NCBI GenBank assembly: GCA_002633005.1
Contig: NMRA01000092.1
Span: 62,001-126,000, forward strand
Source of the DNA: Phoronis australis
Lineage: Eukaryota; Animalia; Phoronida
DNA length: 64,000 bases
Direction of reading: 5' to 3'
Shown here: positions 50,974 through 64,000 of the stretch, piece after piece
Layout: each line of letters begins with the position of its first letter
How positions within the stretch are numbered: position 1 is the stretch's first letter
Notes under the pieces: model-generated
Seen by the model: the letters and a program-made list of their open reading frames with translations, nothing else
Databases searched by the model: none
Told to the model about the DNA's origin: nothing
Made by a program: the position numbers and the translations under genes

Positions 50974-53900
50974 ACGATTTTCTCACAATTCATGTTTTGC
51001 ATACACCCTAAGAACAGCATGTTGGAAGCATCTCATCATGTTCAGAGGGGGACTGTGTCTCTTGCGCACCTTTTTAAATTCACCACTCTACGAAATGTGT
51101 CAGTCGATATACTAAAAAAACAAATGCTTTCGCCCATCTAACACTATTGGAACCTAAAAGACAAACAGCAATTTCTTTAAATTAACAACAATGCACCTCA
51201 TGTGCCTGGCATGAAATAACAAGCACAAATAATCTTTGCCACAATTTCCACTGACTAAATATGCGAAGAAAGTTCCATAGGTCAATAAGCATATAGCAAA
51301 ACATGGAAAGTGGCAGAAAATCTTGCAGTTTGTTTGGAATGTGAAGCCGTCGGACTGAAGATACAGCCAATGTCAATCGAAGGTCGTGCTTGCCAAATTA
51401 GATGCTGCATGACCAAGTCGGGAAGTACAACAGTGGCCTGCTTGGAACAGACAGACAAATATATTCTACTAGCCTTGAAATTGCCCAGTAACATGATAGC
51501 ACAAAGCAGTTTGACAGATTACACAGTTACAAGAACATAAAACGCTATTGTTGTCATACATATTCATCATCACAGCCACATTTTTAGAAGAACCATCAAA
51601 AATTGGGTAAAAATGTTGCATCGATAAGAAAACGTTTAGATACTACATCATGTCCATAATTGAGCACCAGTGTGCAGCCCTGTTTGGTACTGTCGCATTC
51701 ACTTTCCTGGATAGCTATGTAACAGTAACACCCAACCAATCACATGGAAGAGAGCAACCCCGCTGGCATCCCTTCTGATGTGACCCACTGAGTGACTCTT
51801 GCCTCATCAAGTGCAAACGTAACAGTGGGAAGCCGGCGCTACTCAATACTGAGTTTGTGAAGCACAGTATTACAAGGAAATGTTTGTCTCCAAACTTCAT
51901 GAAACTTGTCGTTGATCGCGTTTTCAGACACATGGTTTGCCAAACAAAACCAAACAGTATGACAGAGTTTGGTGGCCAATGTCACCAAAGCATCAGCAAT
52001 TTTCAAGTTTGGCCGCAATCAATCAAATTATTCCCAATTGACTACCGTATTCCGTGATCCAGTGTTCACCTGAAGCTGCGTTTCTGCATCATTTGATGCC
52101 ATTAAGCTCAGAAGACACACATTGAGTTAATGAGTACCTAAGCTTTGAAGCAATATTGATAAGCTGTAAGAGATAAAATTAAATAAATGAAAACCAAGTT
52201 TCGTGTCTTATCTCGTATTTTCCATTGCATCCCTTCCCACTATACATTGTGTGTCCTTCCAAGCCATTGTGAAGAATGATGGACCATCAAAAAAGTTTGG
52301 AAGACGACCCCTGCATAATAAAGTGTATGCTAAACACAGCAGATGGGATGGTTAGTAAATTGCACATTGTGCTGCATTTCACTGTTTGGAAATCTAAAAA
52401 CGAAAATTGAATTAAGCCTTTTACTGTCATAAATTGACTTCATATGTCTGACTGTAATACGATTCTAGTCCTGTTACCAACAAATCAAACCATCATCAAC
52501 TCAAGAAAACACTTTTGAGTTTGTTTGGGTAGGTCAACTCTCAACTTGCGAATTTGAAAATAGCACAGGTACACACTGCTGTGACTTGAGATGCCATCTC
52601 ATTCGGCAACATTTCAAGATCCAATGAACACGGTAATATTTTTTAAACCCCAAAACTCTACATTTAAGAATTGAATATTGACACCTAAACAGCGCCTAAA
52701 TGCACCTTTAATCATTCATGAAGTATCAATTGAAAACGAATCAAGACAAACCAGTCAAGAGCACTTTTCTCAGCTACTGCATTTGTAGCACTTTTGTTGA
52801 CAGGAAGTGCTGCACTGAACTGTACAGAAGGAATGAACACTTTTGAAATAAAAAATCGGCAGGCTTCCTCTCTTAAGTGCTTGCTCCAATAAAAAAGTTG
52901 GTCGCCTAAAGCTTCCGCAAAACAAAAAGAGCTTTAAATAAAAGGTCTTCTTTGTAGGCAAGAGCATATTTACAAAAAAGGAATTAATTTAGATAGGTGT
53001 AGTTTGAAAAAAAAATCGGGATTACTAAAACATGATGATAAATCTATGACCTACTGTCAGGAAAGTAAGTAACATGCAAATATTGGAATGGTGATATCAA
53101 GTACAGTAAAATTCTCCACTTCGGACAGTCTCTAAAATTGGGACACCGAAATTCAATCCGAAATTGAATATTTACTTGATTCTGAAGGTTGAGACAGGGG
53201 TCATTTGGGCATTCGTCATATTTCTGAAATACCACAGTGTCGTGTCAAAATAAGTCAACAAGAATTGTAAGTATAGACGTCACCCAAATATATTATAATC
53301 TACAGTGGGTTCCAAAGTACTTACCAGACTTCTTGGCCTGTTGACCAAGACTGCGTTCCATAGATACAAGGAACTTGTGAAAGCATAAGACCACACAAGC
53401 GTTCACAAGATATTGACATAAATTACATACGAAGAATATGATCACATGACCTTTACTCATGAGTGTCTTACATCTACAGTACACACCAGAGCGGCACAGA
53501 CATAGTGAATCAAATGAAATCAGACTTAGAGAGTAGTATGGCGAATCTGCAATGAGCGAAGTAAAATAAAGGCCTCTCTTAATCACTCACTGGTAAAAAT
53601 TCTTCACTTTGAAACACAAATATTAGCTAAAATTGACGCGATATTTCTATTTTTTATAGGCTTACCACATTAAATGCTAAAAATTTTACCAAATGTTGTT
53701 TCGTGATAGTTGCGTCATACATACCATGCTAAAAACAAAGCAAATTTTCTTGAAAAGCTAATTTTGTTCAGAAATTTGACAAGTGAAATTTCACTTGTCT
53801 ACCATATTTTGTCCTAAACTGCAGAGTTTTTGGCAATTAATTAAGACGCCTGGATTTGAAGTGTGTGTGTTCAAGACTTGACTGGAGCAAGGCAATTTTT

Positions 53901-55735
53901 CACTATAGCATCGAGAGCAATGGTGATTTTCATGGTCTACTAGTAGTTAGATGCTCGTTTTTCCTACCATGGAGAAAACTGATTCCCTATATGTGACTAT
54001 GACTAGTATTGTCGTGTCGAATAACGAACTGTCTTAGGCGACTATAAATCCTAATCTAGCCACTGCACCGGAGGATTTACTGCAAATTACGCTTAACCCA
54101 GTCACATAAGGCTACGGTTTGCATGTGTATCTTTCAAACATAAATGGATACATTTGGAAGCAGTTTAGAAATCTTTAAATCCAACCAGATCAAATATTCC
54201 CCCAATCAACATTTTTCTGAATACTGTTTCTTCCACCAACAAATTGAAGATTTACTTCACAAGAATTTACTTTTAGTAGAATAAATGTAATGGGAGGTCA
54301 CACCCGCCCAGTGTGTCTGCTAGCCACCGCGAGAGTAGGTATCACACTACACAGACACGAGAGTCCTGTACAGAACAGTTTCAATCACAAGCACCTTTAT
54401 CAGCAACTCGTCATGACACTATAGTATAACGTCGAGAGGCTGATGAAAGTGCCCGTGTTTCAGACATTTTTGGTTGTCTTCGTTCCTGCCACAAGTGTCA
54501 GACCTGTCACCAGTGTCATACACCACACGGTTTTCGGTGTTCTACTTTAACTTCTGGAGCCGCATTCGTGCTTAAATATGGGGTATTACGAATCAATCAA
54601 CTGAAATTTATCAACTTCATGCTAAATTCAATTACCTTGAAGTCTGCTAACAAACTTGAGTTATAACAACATTCTTGACACATTTCAGAACGAAAACTTG
54701 TGTGACCGGATGCAACTTACGAGCAGTACAGCGTGACACCTACTGGTAGTTATCATAACTAAAAGGTGCCACACAAGGCTCCAGCACAAAAAAAAAATAT
54801 TACGGTTCCATTGAGCTGCAGGTGCTGATATTACAAGAGCTGTCAGTCCGTTTTCCATTTTTAATGGTTTAAAATTACATTATACAACCGTTGATATAGG
54901 TAATATTTTCACCATTTTCGTTTCATTTCACATTACAATTGCTCCACACCCTGGGCGAGGTTGATTGTTTAAAGTTATATTTTTACCTCATTTACCTGAC
55001 TAAAATGAAAATTAAATTAGGTCTTTTACTCTCATAAAATCGGCCTCATAATACTGCTTAGTGTGGTAAGGTTCTATTTCCGTCACCAACAGGAACATCA
55101 AAACCATCAATGACTCAAAATACTCGCTTTAGAGTTTATTGGGGTTGCTTAACTCCAAAACTGAGAATTTTAAAATGACGTGTGTACGCGTTGCCTGTGA
55201 CTTGGGATGATAAGGGTAATAAAACCCAGTCAAGGATAAGAAGATCGGTAAAAGGAGTAATTCGATTTTCGTTTTTAGTCAATAGATTACCTGCCCTTGT
55301 TTTTTATACTTCAAAGAAGTTGAAACTGGCCATGATGGGTCGTTTTTCAAAATATCGAATACATTTCAACACGACTTCAGAGGATGAGGCACTAGTCCAC
55401 TAGTTGTTCTAGGGTGAACTCGTAGTGTGGAAACCACTACAGACATACTATATTGTCACCTGAATCCAAATATAAATGGCATCATTGTCGCTCCAACCAT
55501 TAACCATACTTTTATAGTCACTTTGTACAGCAAAAGTTCGTAAGTTGTACTGGGCCACATCGCACCTCGCTCTCGTCATGTAGATGAGACCCTGGGTTAA
55601 CAAACCCCAATGGTAAAAAGGACAAGCGATCGCCCGTCCTTACACAAAGGACCAATTAGCTATTAGAAGTTGCGTTCAGCTGAAATTCATTCGCATATCG
55701 TTCACATATCATTGACATTCCGTTATATAACTTAC

Positions 55736-56313
55736 CCGGGTCTTAGCCAAATCGACAATAAGTTTAGATTTAAATCGGAAAACTGATGTTCCTACTTGAA
55801 AACTTGAAAACACAGGTCCTCGTTTTTGTCTCCTAAGGCATATCTCACGTTCCTGAGCAAACCCCCGGCGACCGAATCTAGACACGTTAACTAGTGTTGT
55901 TATTGGTAGACAAATAAAGGAGACAATGTAAACGCGAACTGGAGCAAGGCTAATACGTCGATGATCAATAATATACGTGGTAGACACAATATCGTAAGTA
56001 TATCGCAGCTCCGATCGAACGCAATGATAACAATATACCTAACTGTTACCACATAGCATCACTAGTGTGGTCAAACTGTTTATTCTCACAAACAATAAGG
56101 CCGACCATCCGTGGATAATTGCCCATCGGGCTCAATAGCACTTATCAACTGACGAATCAAAACATATCATCGGGTTATGAATCACATAGGACGAAGGAAT
56201 CGGCAACAGTTTTTAAGCACCAATGAAAATGCTCGGAGTTGAACAAAGTTGCATGACTTTTACCTCAAACATGCGCGCACCCAGAGGGGGGGGGGGGCTC
56301 GGGCTGGGTGCAC
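55736..56313 (-). promoter_or_regulatory. Candidate promoter / non-coding first exon of the LZTS gene
   Basis: Visibly more CpG than the neighbouring intron, a consensus donor G|gtaagt at 55736/55735 on the - strand, and a G-rich tract at 56286-56308 next to an N gap. Inference. Confidence 0.3.
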
Positions 56314-57622
56314 NTTGGTAATTTTTTGTCAAAAATTCATTTTGTTAAGTTAAGATATTTTTCTTATACTGTCCCAAAAGTATGCGAGGACAATGACGAT
56401 TTATGTCTCCACCGATGCGTGTTACGTCACTGAATGTGTATTGGAGTAGAAGTGCCAGGCAGGACGCTGAAATCCAGTTAGGATCTCTTTATCTCCTTAT
56501 CAGCAGAGGATAACGAGTGCAGACACCGCTGAATGGTGGTGAATGCTGATAAGATATTTACTTTGAATCAAAAAGTTTTTCAATGGTGTTCAAGCAAGCG
56601 AACGAATGAAACAAATAATAAATATCCAAAACACACAGCTGGGGGCTATAGAAAAGTGAAAATCGCAACACAACAGAAAAAAATAAATATTAGTATTTTA
56701 AGCTCCATGCCGCACCGGCTTTTTGAACCATTCTTTTGGTTCATATTTTGAGGTGGAACACTTTGTTGAATTTTCAATACGGCGAGTTAGCGTTTCTAAT
56801 TACACGCGATAAAAGAACGGATTGAGTCAACGGGAAGATTTGCGTCGCTAAACATCTTGGTTTATTCGGTTATGAGATGCTTTGTCTGTAACCACTATAT
56901 TTGCCAACGCTGATAAATTCAAAATCTTCGCTCTTCAATTAGTCGGCACCCACTCAATGATTGCCAAAAAGTTTCTATATGTTGGCGTCAGTCGATGTTA
57001 TTAAATGTGAAAATTCTATCTAACTGTTGTGTGCATAAATTTGTTGTAAACTAAACTTCCATGGGTATGCGGACAACTTTTGCAATAAAGCAGCAAAGTT
57101 TGTGTCTACCTTGATTTGACTACGTCAGTTGTTGGACACAGGCACAAGTTAAAAAATAAGCTGTCAATGCTTTCCACTTTATACATTGAATATTTTCCGA
57201 AACAGTTGCTACTTTCGCTACATTACTTACAAAAACCACTATTACGTTACCATCAGATTCCAAAACAAGCTCTGCAAATCCGCCACCAAGCGTTACACGA
57301 ACAGCGATTGAAGCGCTGGTGTGTTTGTTTTTACTGATCACTAGCAGAAACATTTCATTGTGACCTTCTGTCGCTTCACATGGTGCTGCGCGTGCACAAA
57401 GTCACCGGTGCTGCGCAGAGGTGTTTTTGTAAACACAGGAGCAAAGCAATGATAAAACGCCTTGTGACAAGCCAACTGTAGAGCCCAGACTCAAGCAATA
57501 ACGGTTACTTCGAAGCCTTGGATTCAGCTCCAATTTCACTAAAGAACAAATTGAGACCAATTTCATAGCTGTAAATGGTCTCATTCAAAAGTCGATTTTT
57601 GTGATGGAGACATGTTGGATGC

Positions 57623-58232
57623 TAACCGGGATTTTCTATTGATAAGCTCATGGATGTGTACTAACTACTTGATAAATGAAAATTTTTAGACGTTTTGGTA
57701 ACACCAAATAAACGTCCAGGCGTTTATTTGGAAAAGGGTGACTTTTAAACGAAGACATGCTCTTGCCGACGTTGACATAATTTACTTAAAACTGTGTTTT
57801 TAAATTTTGTGTTAATAAATGTATAGTTCGCCAACACCTTGTTCGTTTTTACAAGGGATAAAAAGCATCCTCAAAATTGAATTTGTGACAAAAAGTTGAC
57901 GCTGAGCGGGCTTTGAGACAAAAAATTCCGAATAAACGCCCCGCTATTTGGACACTTGACGCCCCGCTGTTCAGACACTTGACGCCCCACTATTTGGACA
58001 CTTGACGTCGCACTATTTGGACACTTGACGTCCCACTATTTGGACACTTGACGCCTCACTATTTGGACACTTGACGCCCCACTATTTGGACACTTGATGT
58101 CCCACTATTTGGACATTTGACACCAGAAGTTCCAACACGAAGAACACCTATGGGCGCTTATTCGGCATAATTTTCCAAATAAACGCCCATGAGCGTTTCA
58201 TCATGTGGGCTTATCTACGGAAAATTCCGGTA
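57623..58232. mobile_element. MITE (family C) containing a minisatellite
   Basis: Imperfect ~28-bp inverted termini taaccgggattttctattgataagctca / tgggcttatctacggaaaattccggta, plus internal aataaacgcc / ggcgtttatt sub-repeats. Confidence 0.6.
57936..58119. repeat. 23-bp minisatellite x8 (acgccccactatttggacacttg)
   Basis: Eight head-to-tail copies with few substitutions and no spacers. Confidence 0.93.
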
Positions 58233-60958
58233 GCTTCTCTTTTACTTATGTTATTTTCTAATAGCATATCTGAAGATTCCAGTGAGCTTTTAACAGCCCA
58301 GAAATACCTATTCATTCTCAATCAATGATTAATAATTGAAATGACTCATTGATGAGAATGACTATGTACTTAGCTCTTTTAACTGGCGGCGTTGTATGAA
58401 AACATTACCTTTTTCCAATAATATTGGGAATTCAACGCAAGAGTTTATTCTCGGTGGCAAAGCAAAAATTTACTGAATGACAAAATGTTAGGAATTTCAG
58501 TGCTTACACCGTAAAGTTAGTCCACGACCGATGTTTAGCCGCGGTCAGGAATACCTGCTTTCTGAGGCTACCTTTTTATCAGTACTGTCCAGGAGTTTAC
58601 AGCCATCAAACTTAAATTCAGACCGCCAGTTGGTTGTGTTACGGTTATCACAGGTGACATGAGCAGATTACGTGACCCACCCACTGCCGTCATGATGATT
58701 TATGTTTGTTTACTTTGAGTTTAAAACTTTCATGAGCGCATAGTACTTCGTGGATGACTCGGACATGACCTCTCACTGGTTTCCACTGAACCGTAGCTTA
58801 AAAATAGGGTTGGTTTCATGTCTCCTACTCCACTCTCATGGTCCCATGCATCCTAGCCCTCCGTGCCGGCCGGCCGGTATTGCAACTGCCCGGCGTTCAG
58901 GGCGATTACGTAATTTAGTCACTTGGCCCGCGCCTCCGCCAGGAATGACTTCATCGCAAAGAAGTCGGCTGACACTCAACATTCGGACGGACTACGAAGT
59001 CAGACTTCCACCCACATGAAAGTTGAAACGTCAGCTTTGGTAATTAAAGTTGCATTACGCTTTGTTTGAGTATCTTAAACGGAAATCGAATTAGCCTAAT
59101 TCGATTTTTGGACTGAGCCCTGTATTCTCACCAAATCGGTCTCATAGTTGGCCTAAGCCCATTCAGTCCAAGCTGCCGCGATAGAATTCCATTACTTCCA
59201 ACAATTGCAAAATTCCAATAACGAGGTTAATAAATAATTTACACATTTTAATTTTAGTACGTAACACTCTCCTATCTGAACACGGCCAGAAATACAATTC
59301 CCCACTAAATGATGTGTGCCTTTTTCGATTTAATTCGCTACAAACGGTTCGATTTTGGAGTACAAACTTCAACATAATTCCTTTTCCCTTGTACACAAAA
59401 GAGTCTTTAAATTTCTTAATATCTGACTGATATCACAGTGGTTCCAATAATGAAAATTATATTTCTATTTACAAAACGTTGGTGGCTAAAGGTCTACTCT
59501 TTTTAACAACTTTGGTGCCACCTGTTGTCAAGTATGCCTAACCCCTGACGGTGTCCCCTGTGGGCCAAGACAAATTTGTAGATCTGTTTTAGAGTTGATA
59601 TTAGACTGGTTATATGCTCTACTAGTTCATTGTTTAGGGTTGTATAGCTGTTAGAAATATGCGGTTTTCACTTTATTGATGATGTATGTCATAGCCGATG
59701 CGAATTCAAAGTCGGGAGTTGCCAAAGCATCAAATGAGTAACGGTCAGTCTATAAGAAACTATGAATTTCGAGTGGATGCCATGTAAAATTAGTAGGCAG
59801 TTTATAAAACTATAATCAACTACAGCTTGGGACGTTCTTGAAACGGAAAGGTTCTTGTGACAACGAGGCCAATCTGACGTCTGATCAATTGTCAGAAAAT
59901 AAGAAAACAGGTCAGACGTTGGACATGCGTTCACATGTGAAATTTCAAGTCTTCAGAAAGCGGATCAAACATGCGACCTGCCTGCTGATGGACGCAGTAT
60001 AAAACGCTTTTCCGTACCACGATAGAAAAGAGTTCACCTAATACCACCGAGGTCTTGGACAATGCTATCAATTTTGAAATGGTACTTTAAACCTTCTTAT
60101 AAGACGTTTTACTTTCTAAGCTGTTTTATTAATAAATGGGTAATTCCTACCCAAATTATACAATCACAATCCAAAGATGGGAGACCTGGTTTCAACGTTC
60201 TCTTTGCCTCGGTCGGACAATTGTACCATCACAAGCAGTTAAGATTCCATGTTCTGTTAGCATGAAATGATACAATTTTAGAAAGTTGGCAATAACGCGA
60301 AATAGCAGTGGATGCAATATTAGGGACTTTGGGAATAAAACTAGACTCGCTGTTGTCGATGATTTGAACAGATTATTCTCCGCTCATACAGTGTGGACAA
60401 TAAGTAAACACGATAGTTAAATCCGGGTCGTTAATGCGTTGATCGAAATTTCGGAATTTTGATGCTGTCGGATAACTGTCCCGAGTTAGTGTGCTGCTGG
60501 CTACTACGCTCTACAACAAGGAGATTGCATTACTCATGCCTATAAAAACAGACAATTTTGGCACTCTTTTTACTGACTCAAAACCCCGAATTATCTGCCT
60601 TGACTGCTCAGTGTTCACCCTGACATGCTGTGTCTGGATGTGTAACCTGTCTTGTGACTCAGTCTACATAGGCGGTAATAGAGAAGTGTCTCTTTATATA
60701 TACTCTGAGTCAGAGAGCACTCAACGCACTTTCAGCTTAAGTGCACTTAAAATAAACTTTGCTGCTGTACTTTCATTTATTGTGCCTGTCCTCGTGCAAT
60801 TTACATTCAATATGTGTGCACAGCAGAGACTTGATGGTTGCGATCCATGACACGGAAGTGCAGCGTATTGTATGATAAAAAGCGTTAAAAGTGTTAAAAA
60901 GGCACTCAAGATTGTGCTTATACCTCAGTCCGTCATTCGTGGAATCTGGTGTAGGTAA

Positions 60959-61783
60959 TCAGTCTTCACAAGCACTACAACACATCAAATGACGCCATCG
61001 TGAGGCGAAACTTAGCGCCTGCAAAGAGGAAGTGGCACAGTCCTCCGCCACGTGACGATTCCGTCTGAATCGTGATTTCAAACGCTTGAAAAATCCTTCG
61101 CGTTTTACAATGTTTGGATTATACGTAAAATCACCGATAGTGCTGTGGGTGTCCTCTGAAACAAAAGAAATGTCACCAAGTGGCACACCCACAAACGTCT
61201 TGACGTCTTCTGAACGAATGCCATCAATGATGTATGGCTTATCGCTATTTCGCAATCTTGTTTTGATTTTCTCGTCGTATTCAGTGTCCATTGAATAATG
61301 CCCAGCAGCATAACAAAAATCATACTGAGTCAACGTTGCAAAAGGAGACGATCTGCCGTCCTCTAGGCGAGCATCCTCGACCTCCTCTGGTTTGTTCTTA
61401 GCTCGAGGGTTTAAAGTGACATTAATCTCAACCTTACTGATTACGGATATTTCAATAATCTTTGGAAAATCCATCGTCGCAAACGAAATGTGATTGTGAG
61501 GCCAGGTGGTGACAATAGAAGGTTTAACGTCGTCCAGTTGCATATCTTCCCAGCTGTTGGGCAGACCACTGCTCTTGAATTTTATTTCGTCCTTCTCACT
61601 AGTTTCAGCTGCAAATGTGTTCTCTAAAAGATTTACAGTATGAGAAGAAATGGTATGATGGGACAACTTGGCGATACTGCGCAGGTTTGCATCTTCTGGG
61701 CTTATACATTTGACGCTGCCTGATTTGCTGCACAGAGTCTCAGAGTGTGGAATGGCCTGTGTCCGGTGTATAAGTTTCCCCAA
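60959..61783 (-). CDS. Uncharacterised protein, 3' part (continues the upstream ORF after a +1 frameshift); possible pseudogene or sequence error
   Basis: 274-aa ORF overlapping the upstream ORF by 44 nt in another frame. It shares the motif (KNKPEEVEDAR) and ends GFFKRLKSRFRRNR...SRWRHLMCCSACED*. Confidence 0.55.
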   Translation of the reverse strand: MGKLIHRTQAIPHSETLCSKSGSVKCISPEDANLRSIAKLSHHTISSHTVNLLENTFAAETSEKDEIKFKSSGLPNSWEDMQLDDVKPSIVTTWPHNHISFATMDFPKIIEISVISKVEINVTLNPRAKNKPEEVEDARLEDGRSSPFATLTQYDFCYAAGHYSMDTEYDEKIKTRLRNSDKPYIIDGIRSEDVKTFVGVPLGDISFVSEDTHSTIGDFTYNPNIVKREGFFKRLKSRFRRNRHVAEDCATSSLQALSFASRWRHLMCCSACED

Positions 61784-62997
61784 TCGCAGAGGAAACTGTA
61801 GTCTCAGTCGAATAATTGAAATCAGACAATGTGATGTCTTCTAAGTGGCCACTTCCAACGGATTTACTTTCGGATTTCAGGACTTTATGCTTACTGTCAG
61901 CATTGTCAGCCAACTCAGCAATGTCTGACGAGTGAATGACGTCCTGTCGAACATCTTCAACGTCCCCTGGTTTGTTTCTACCTTCCAGTTTATCGACTTC
62001 TCTTCCTCCAGTATCAATCATACATGTAGAGCTACGGCGTATGGTTTCCGAAGCAGCTATTTCAATAGAAAAAAACGTTGCACCATAAGGCAACCCATGG
62101 ACATCACACGGTTTGTCGTCTTCTGCAGGAATATTCTCAATATTTCGTATTTCAGCACAACTTTCTTCCTCGGGTTGAATGACTTCTTGTCTAACATCGT
62201 CAACGTCGCTTGGTTTGTTTCTATCATCCAATTTCGGGATTTCTATCCCTCCATCATCAGGGTTACTAATTGGCTCTTTCGTTAAATTTGGCAACGGGTC
62301 GGTCTTTTGACGGTCACTAGTCTTCCCCATCCCATCTTTCTTTGTGGATATGGGGTACACTTCCTCCAAAACTGTAGACTCAGTTATCTTAATGAATTCA
62401 CACAGTGTGGAGTCTTCCAAGTGATTATTTTGAACGGGTTTGCATTCAGATTTCAGGACTTTCTCCTTACTATTGTCTTGATCAGCGAACCCAGTGATAC
62501 CTGACGGTTGAATGACATCTTCGACGTCGTCTGGTTTGTTTCTACCGCTCAATTGCACGACTTCTCTCCCTTCAACACTAGGGTCATAAATAGGATCTTT
62601 CTGTACATTTGTATTTTCATGGACATTCTGTTTTACATTCTCGTCGTTCTCAGCGGAAATGCGGGACACTTCCTCCGAAGTGTTTCTTTCACATTTAGCG
62701 TCTTCTTTGTAGACGCTTGTCGAACTTTCAATTTTGCACTCAAGTTCACACTCGGTGACATGCCCAGCGAGGTGCGTTGATTTGCGGACAGTGTTTGCCT
62801 TTTTGCGGCGTGATGCTATCACAAGAAGACAACACAAATCTATAACACACCTGGCATAAGATTCCATTAATTTGGTGTCAACTTCTGCTTTCTGAACAGT
62901 TTTGGAGGCGTCAGATGCGTCTCCTGAATACTTGTCCTTCACCGCCGTGGTTCCAGAAGCGTCTTTGGTGCCAAAAGACACAATGCGCAGGAATTTC
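61740..62997 (-). CDS. Uncharacterised acidic, low-complexity protein with internal repeats (5' part of a frameshifted ORF pair)
   Basis: 413-aa ORF with three RNKP(D/S/G)DV(E/D)DV motifs and a ~60-aa internal duplication. It has no ATG at the start, but a good acceptor tttcactgtctctag| at 62997 (phase 2, ..KFLRIVSFGTKD). Confidence 0.6.
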
Positions 62998-63788
62998 CTA
63001 GAGACAGTGAAAGTAAACTTTCTCTGTCGTTCTTAGCACAATTTGCCAAATAAAGTCTATAAGCCATGATATCGCAACTTTTATAAAGTCCAGAATAACT
63101 CTGTAAGCCATTCCCGGGTTCATTTTACAAAATTTAAATGTAAAGTGAATACGTCACGAATAGTCTGACGTCACCAATCGTACACGTCAAATGCAAACTA
63201 CCGGGAATTTGCGAAAATACAGACTCAACCCAAAGCAAGTACGCACATCGGCGTATTTTCGAGTTGGTTGAAAGGGTGGCTATCTGTCTTGTGTGAGGTG
63301 CATGCGTGATATTTTGCAGTGCTAACCACATAAATGATAATTGTGCATCCTGGTAACATTTTAGTGTGAGGTATCCATAGCTTTCGTGGAATTGTAAATA
63401 CACTGTACGTGCATTCGCGTTCAGTCCAATACAGCTAGGGGGCTGCATCTTTAACAGGGTTTTCGCTAGCCTTTTAGCCAGTAAAACTGATATCGGGTAG
63501 AAAAATGTTCAAATTTAGAGCATAATTTAGAAAACCGTAACAGCGTTTTGGAGATTTCCCGGTGAATTTACTATCGACGAACCTTCATTTTTTTGCTAAA
63601 TTTTACTAATTCCAAAGGCTTTCTACTTTCAGAAATTGTTACCGATTTCAAATGTACAGAATTGTAAATAACCTTTAAGTTGCTGGACCCGAATTTCCCG
63701 AATAGGAAAGCCAACATTCAAATGACCGGTTTTTAGTATTTTATACATCGAAGCTAATCTTGATCTTTGATAACCGAGCCTGAGCTGA

Positions 63789-63833
<45 letters not shown>
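63789..63833. repeat. (GA)n microsatellite
   Basis: Long AG dinucleotide run. Confidence 0.95.
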
Positions 63834-63836
<3 letters not shown>

Positions 63837-64000
63837 CTCGAGCTCTCTCAACGATGAGTTACGTATACAACACCTCAGTGAACGAGGAATATCCCGCGGT
63901 GCTGTGACGATCATTTTTTAAATTAAATTTTGTTGATATTAGGTATTATATGTAGATAGACCTCATTATTTGGAGTGTGTCGACCATTTCTCAATATGAT

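Noticed and set aside
56286-56308. G-quadruplex regulatory element
   Set aside because: The G-run sits next to an N gap where homopolymer length is unreliable.
57936-58119. 23-bp repeat array as a CRISPR array
   Set aside because: Units are head-to-tail without unique spacers, there are no cas genes and the context is eukaryotic.

Overview
AT-rich, intron-rich eukaryotic DNA, most likely from an invertebrate bilaterian (inferred from gene content and repeat types; the species cannot be determined). It carries three protein-coding loci. (1) + strand 3226-17203: a 5'-incomplete BLNK/SLP-76-family adaptor. Nine phase-consistent GT-AG exons were assembled by hand, giving about 580 aa with acidic YxxP motifs, a long Pro-rich region and a C-terminal SH2 domain. 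(2) - strand 43971-26822: an LZTS-family coiled-coil protein, two coding exons (about 698 aa) split by a 15 kb intron, probably with a ~4 kb 3' UTR. It is convergent with gene 1. (3) - strand 62997-60959: an unrecognised acidic protein with repeated RNKPxDVEDV motifs and a basic, Cys-rich tail, broken by one frameshift. The rest is MITE-like and SINE-like repeats and mini/microsatellites. Three near-identical duplications each abut a single 'n' and are probably assembly artefacts. I found no prokaryotic-type system (CRISPR, operon) and no clearly novel multi-gene system. The best leads are the orphan repeat protein, the motif content and exon duplication of the BLNK-like gene, an intronic cluster of CTCF-like motifs and a long intronic fold-back.
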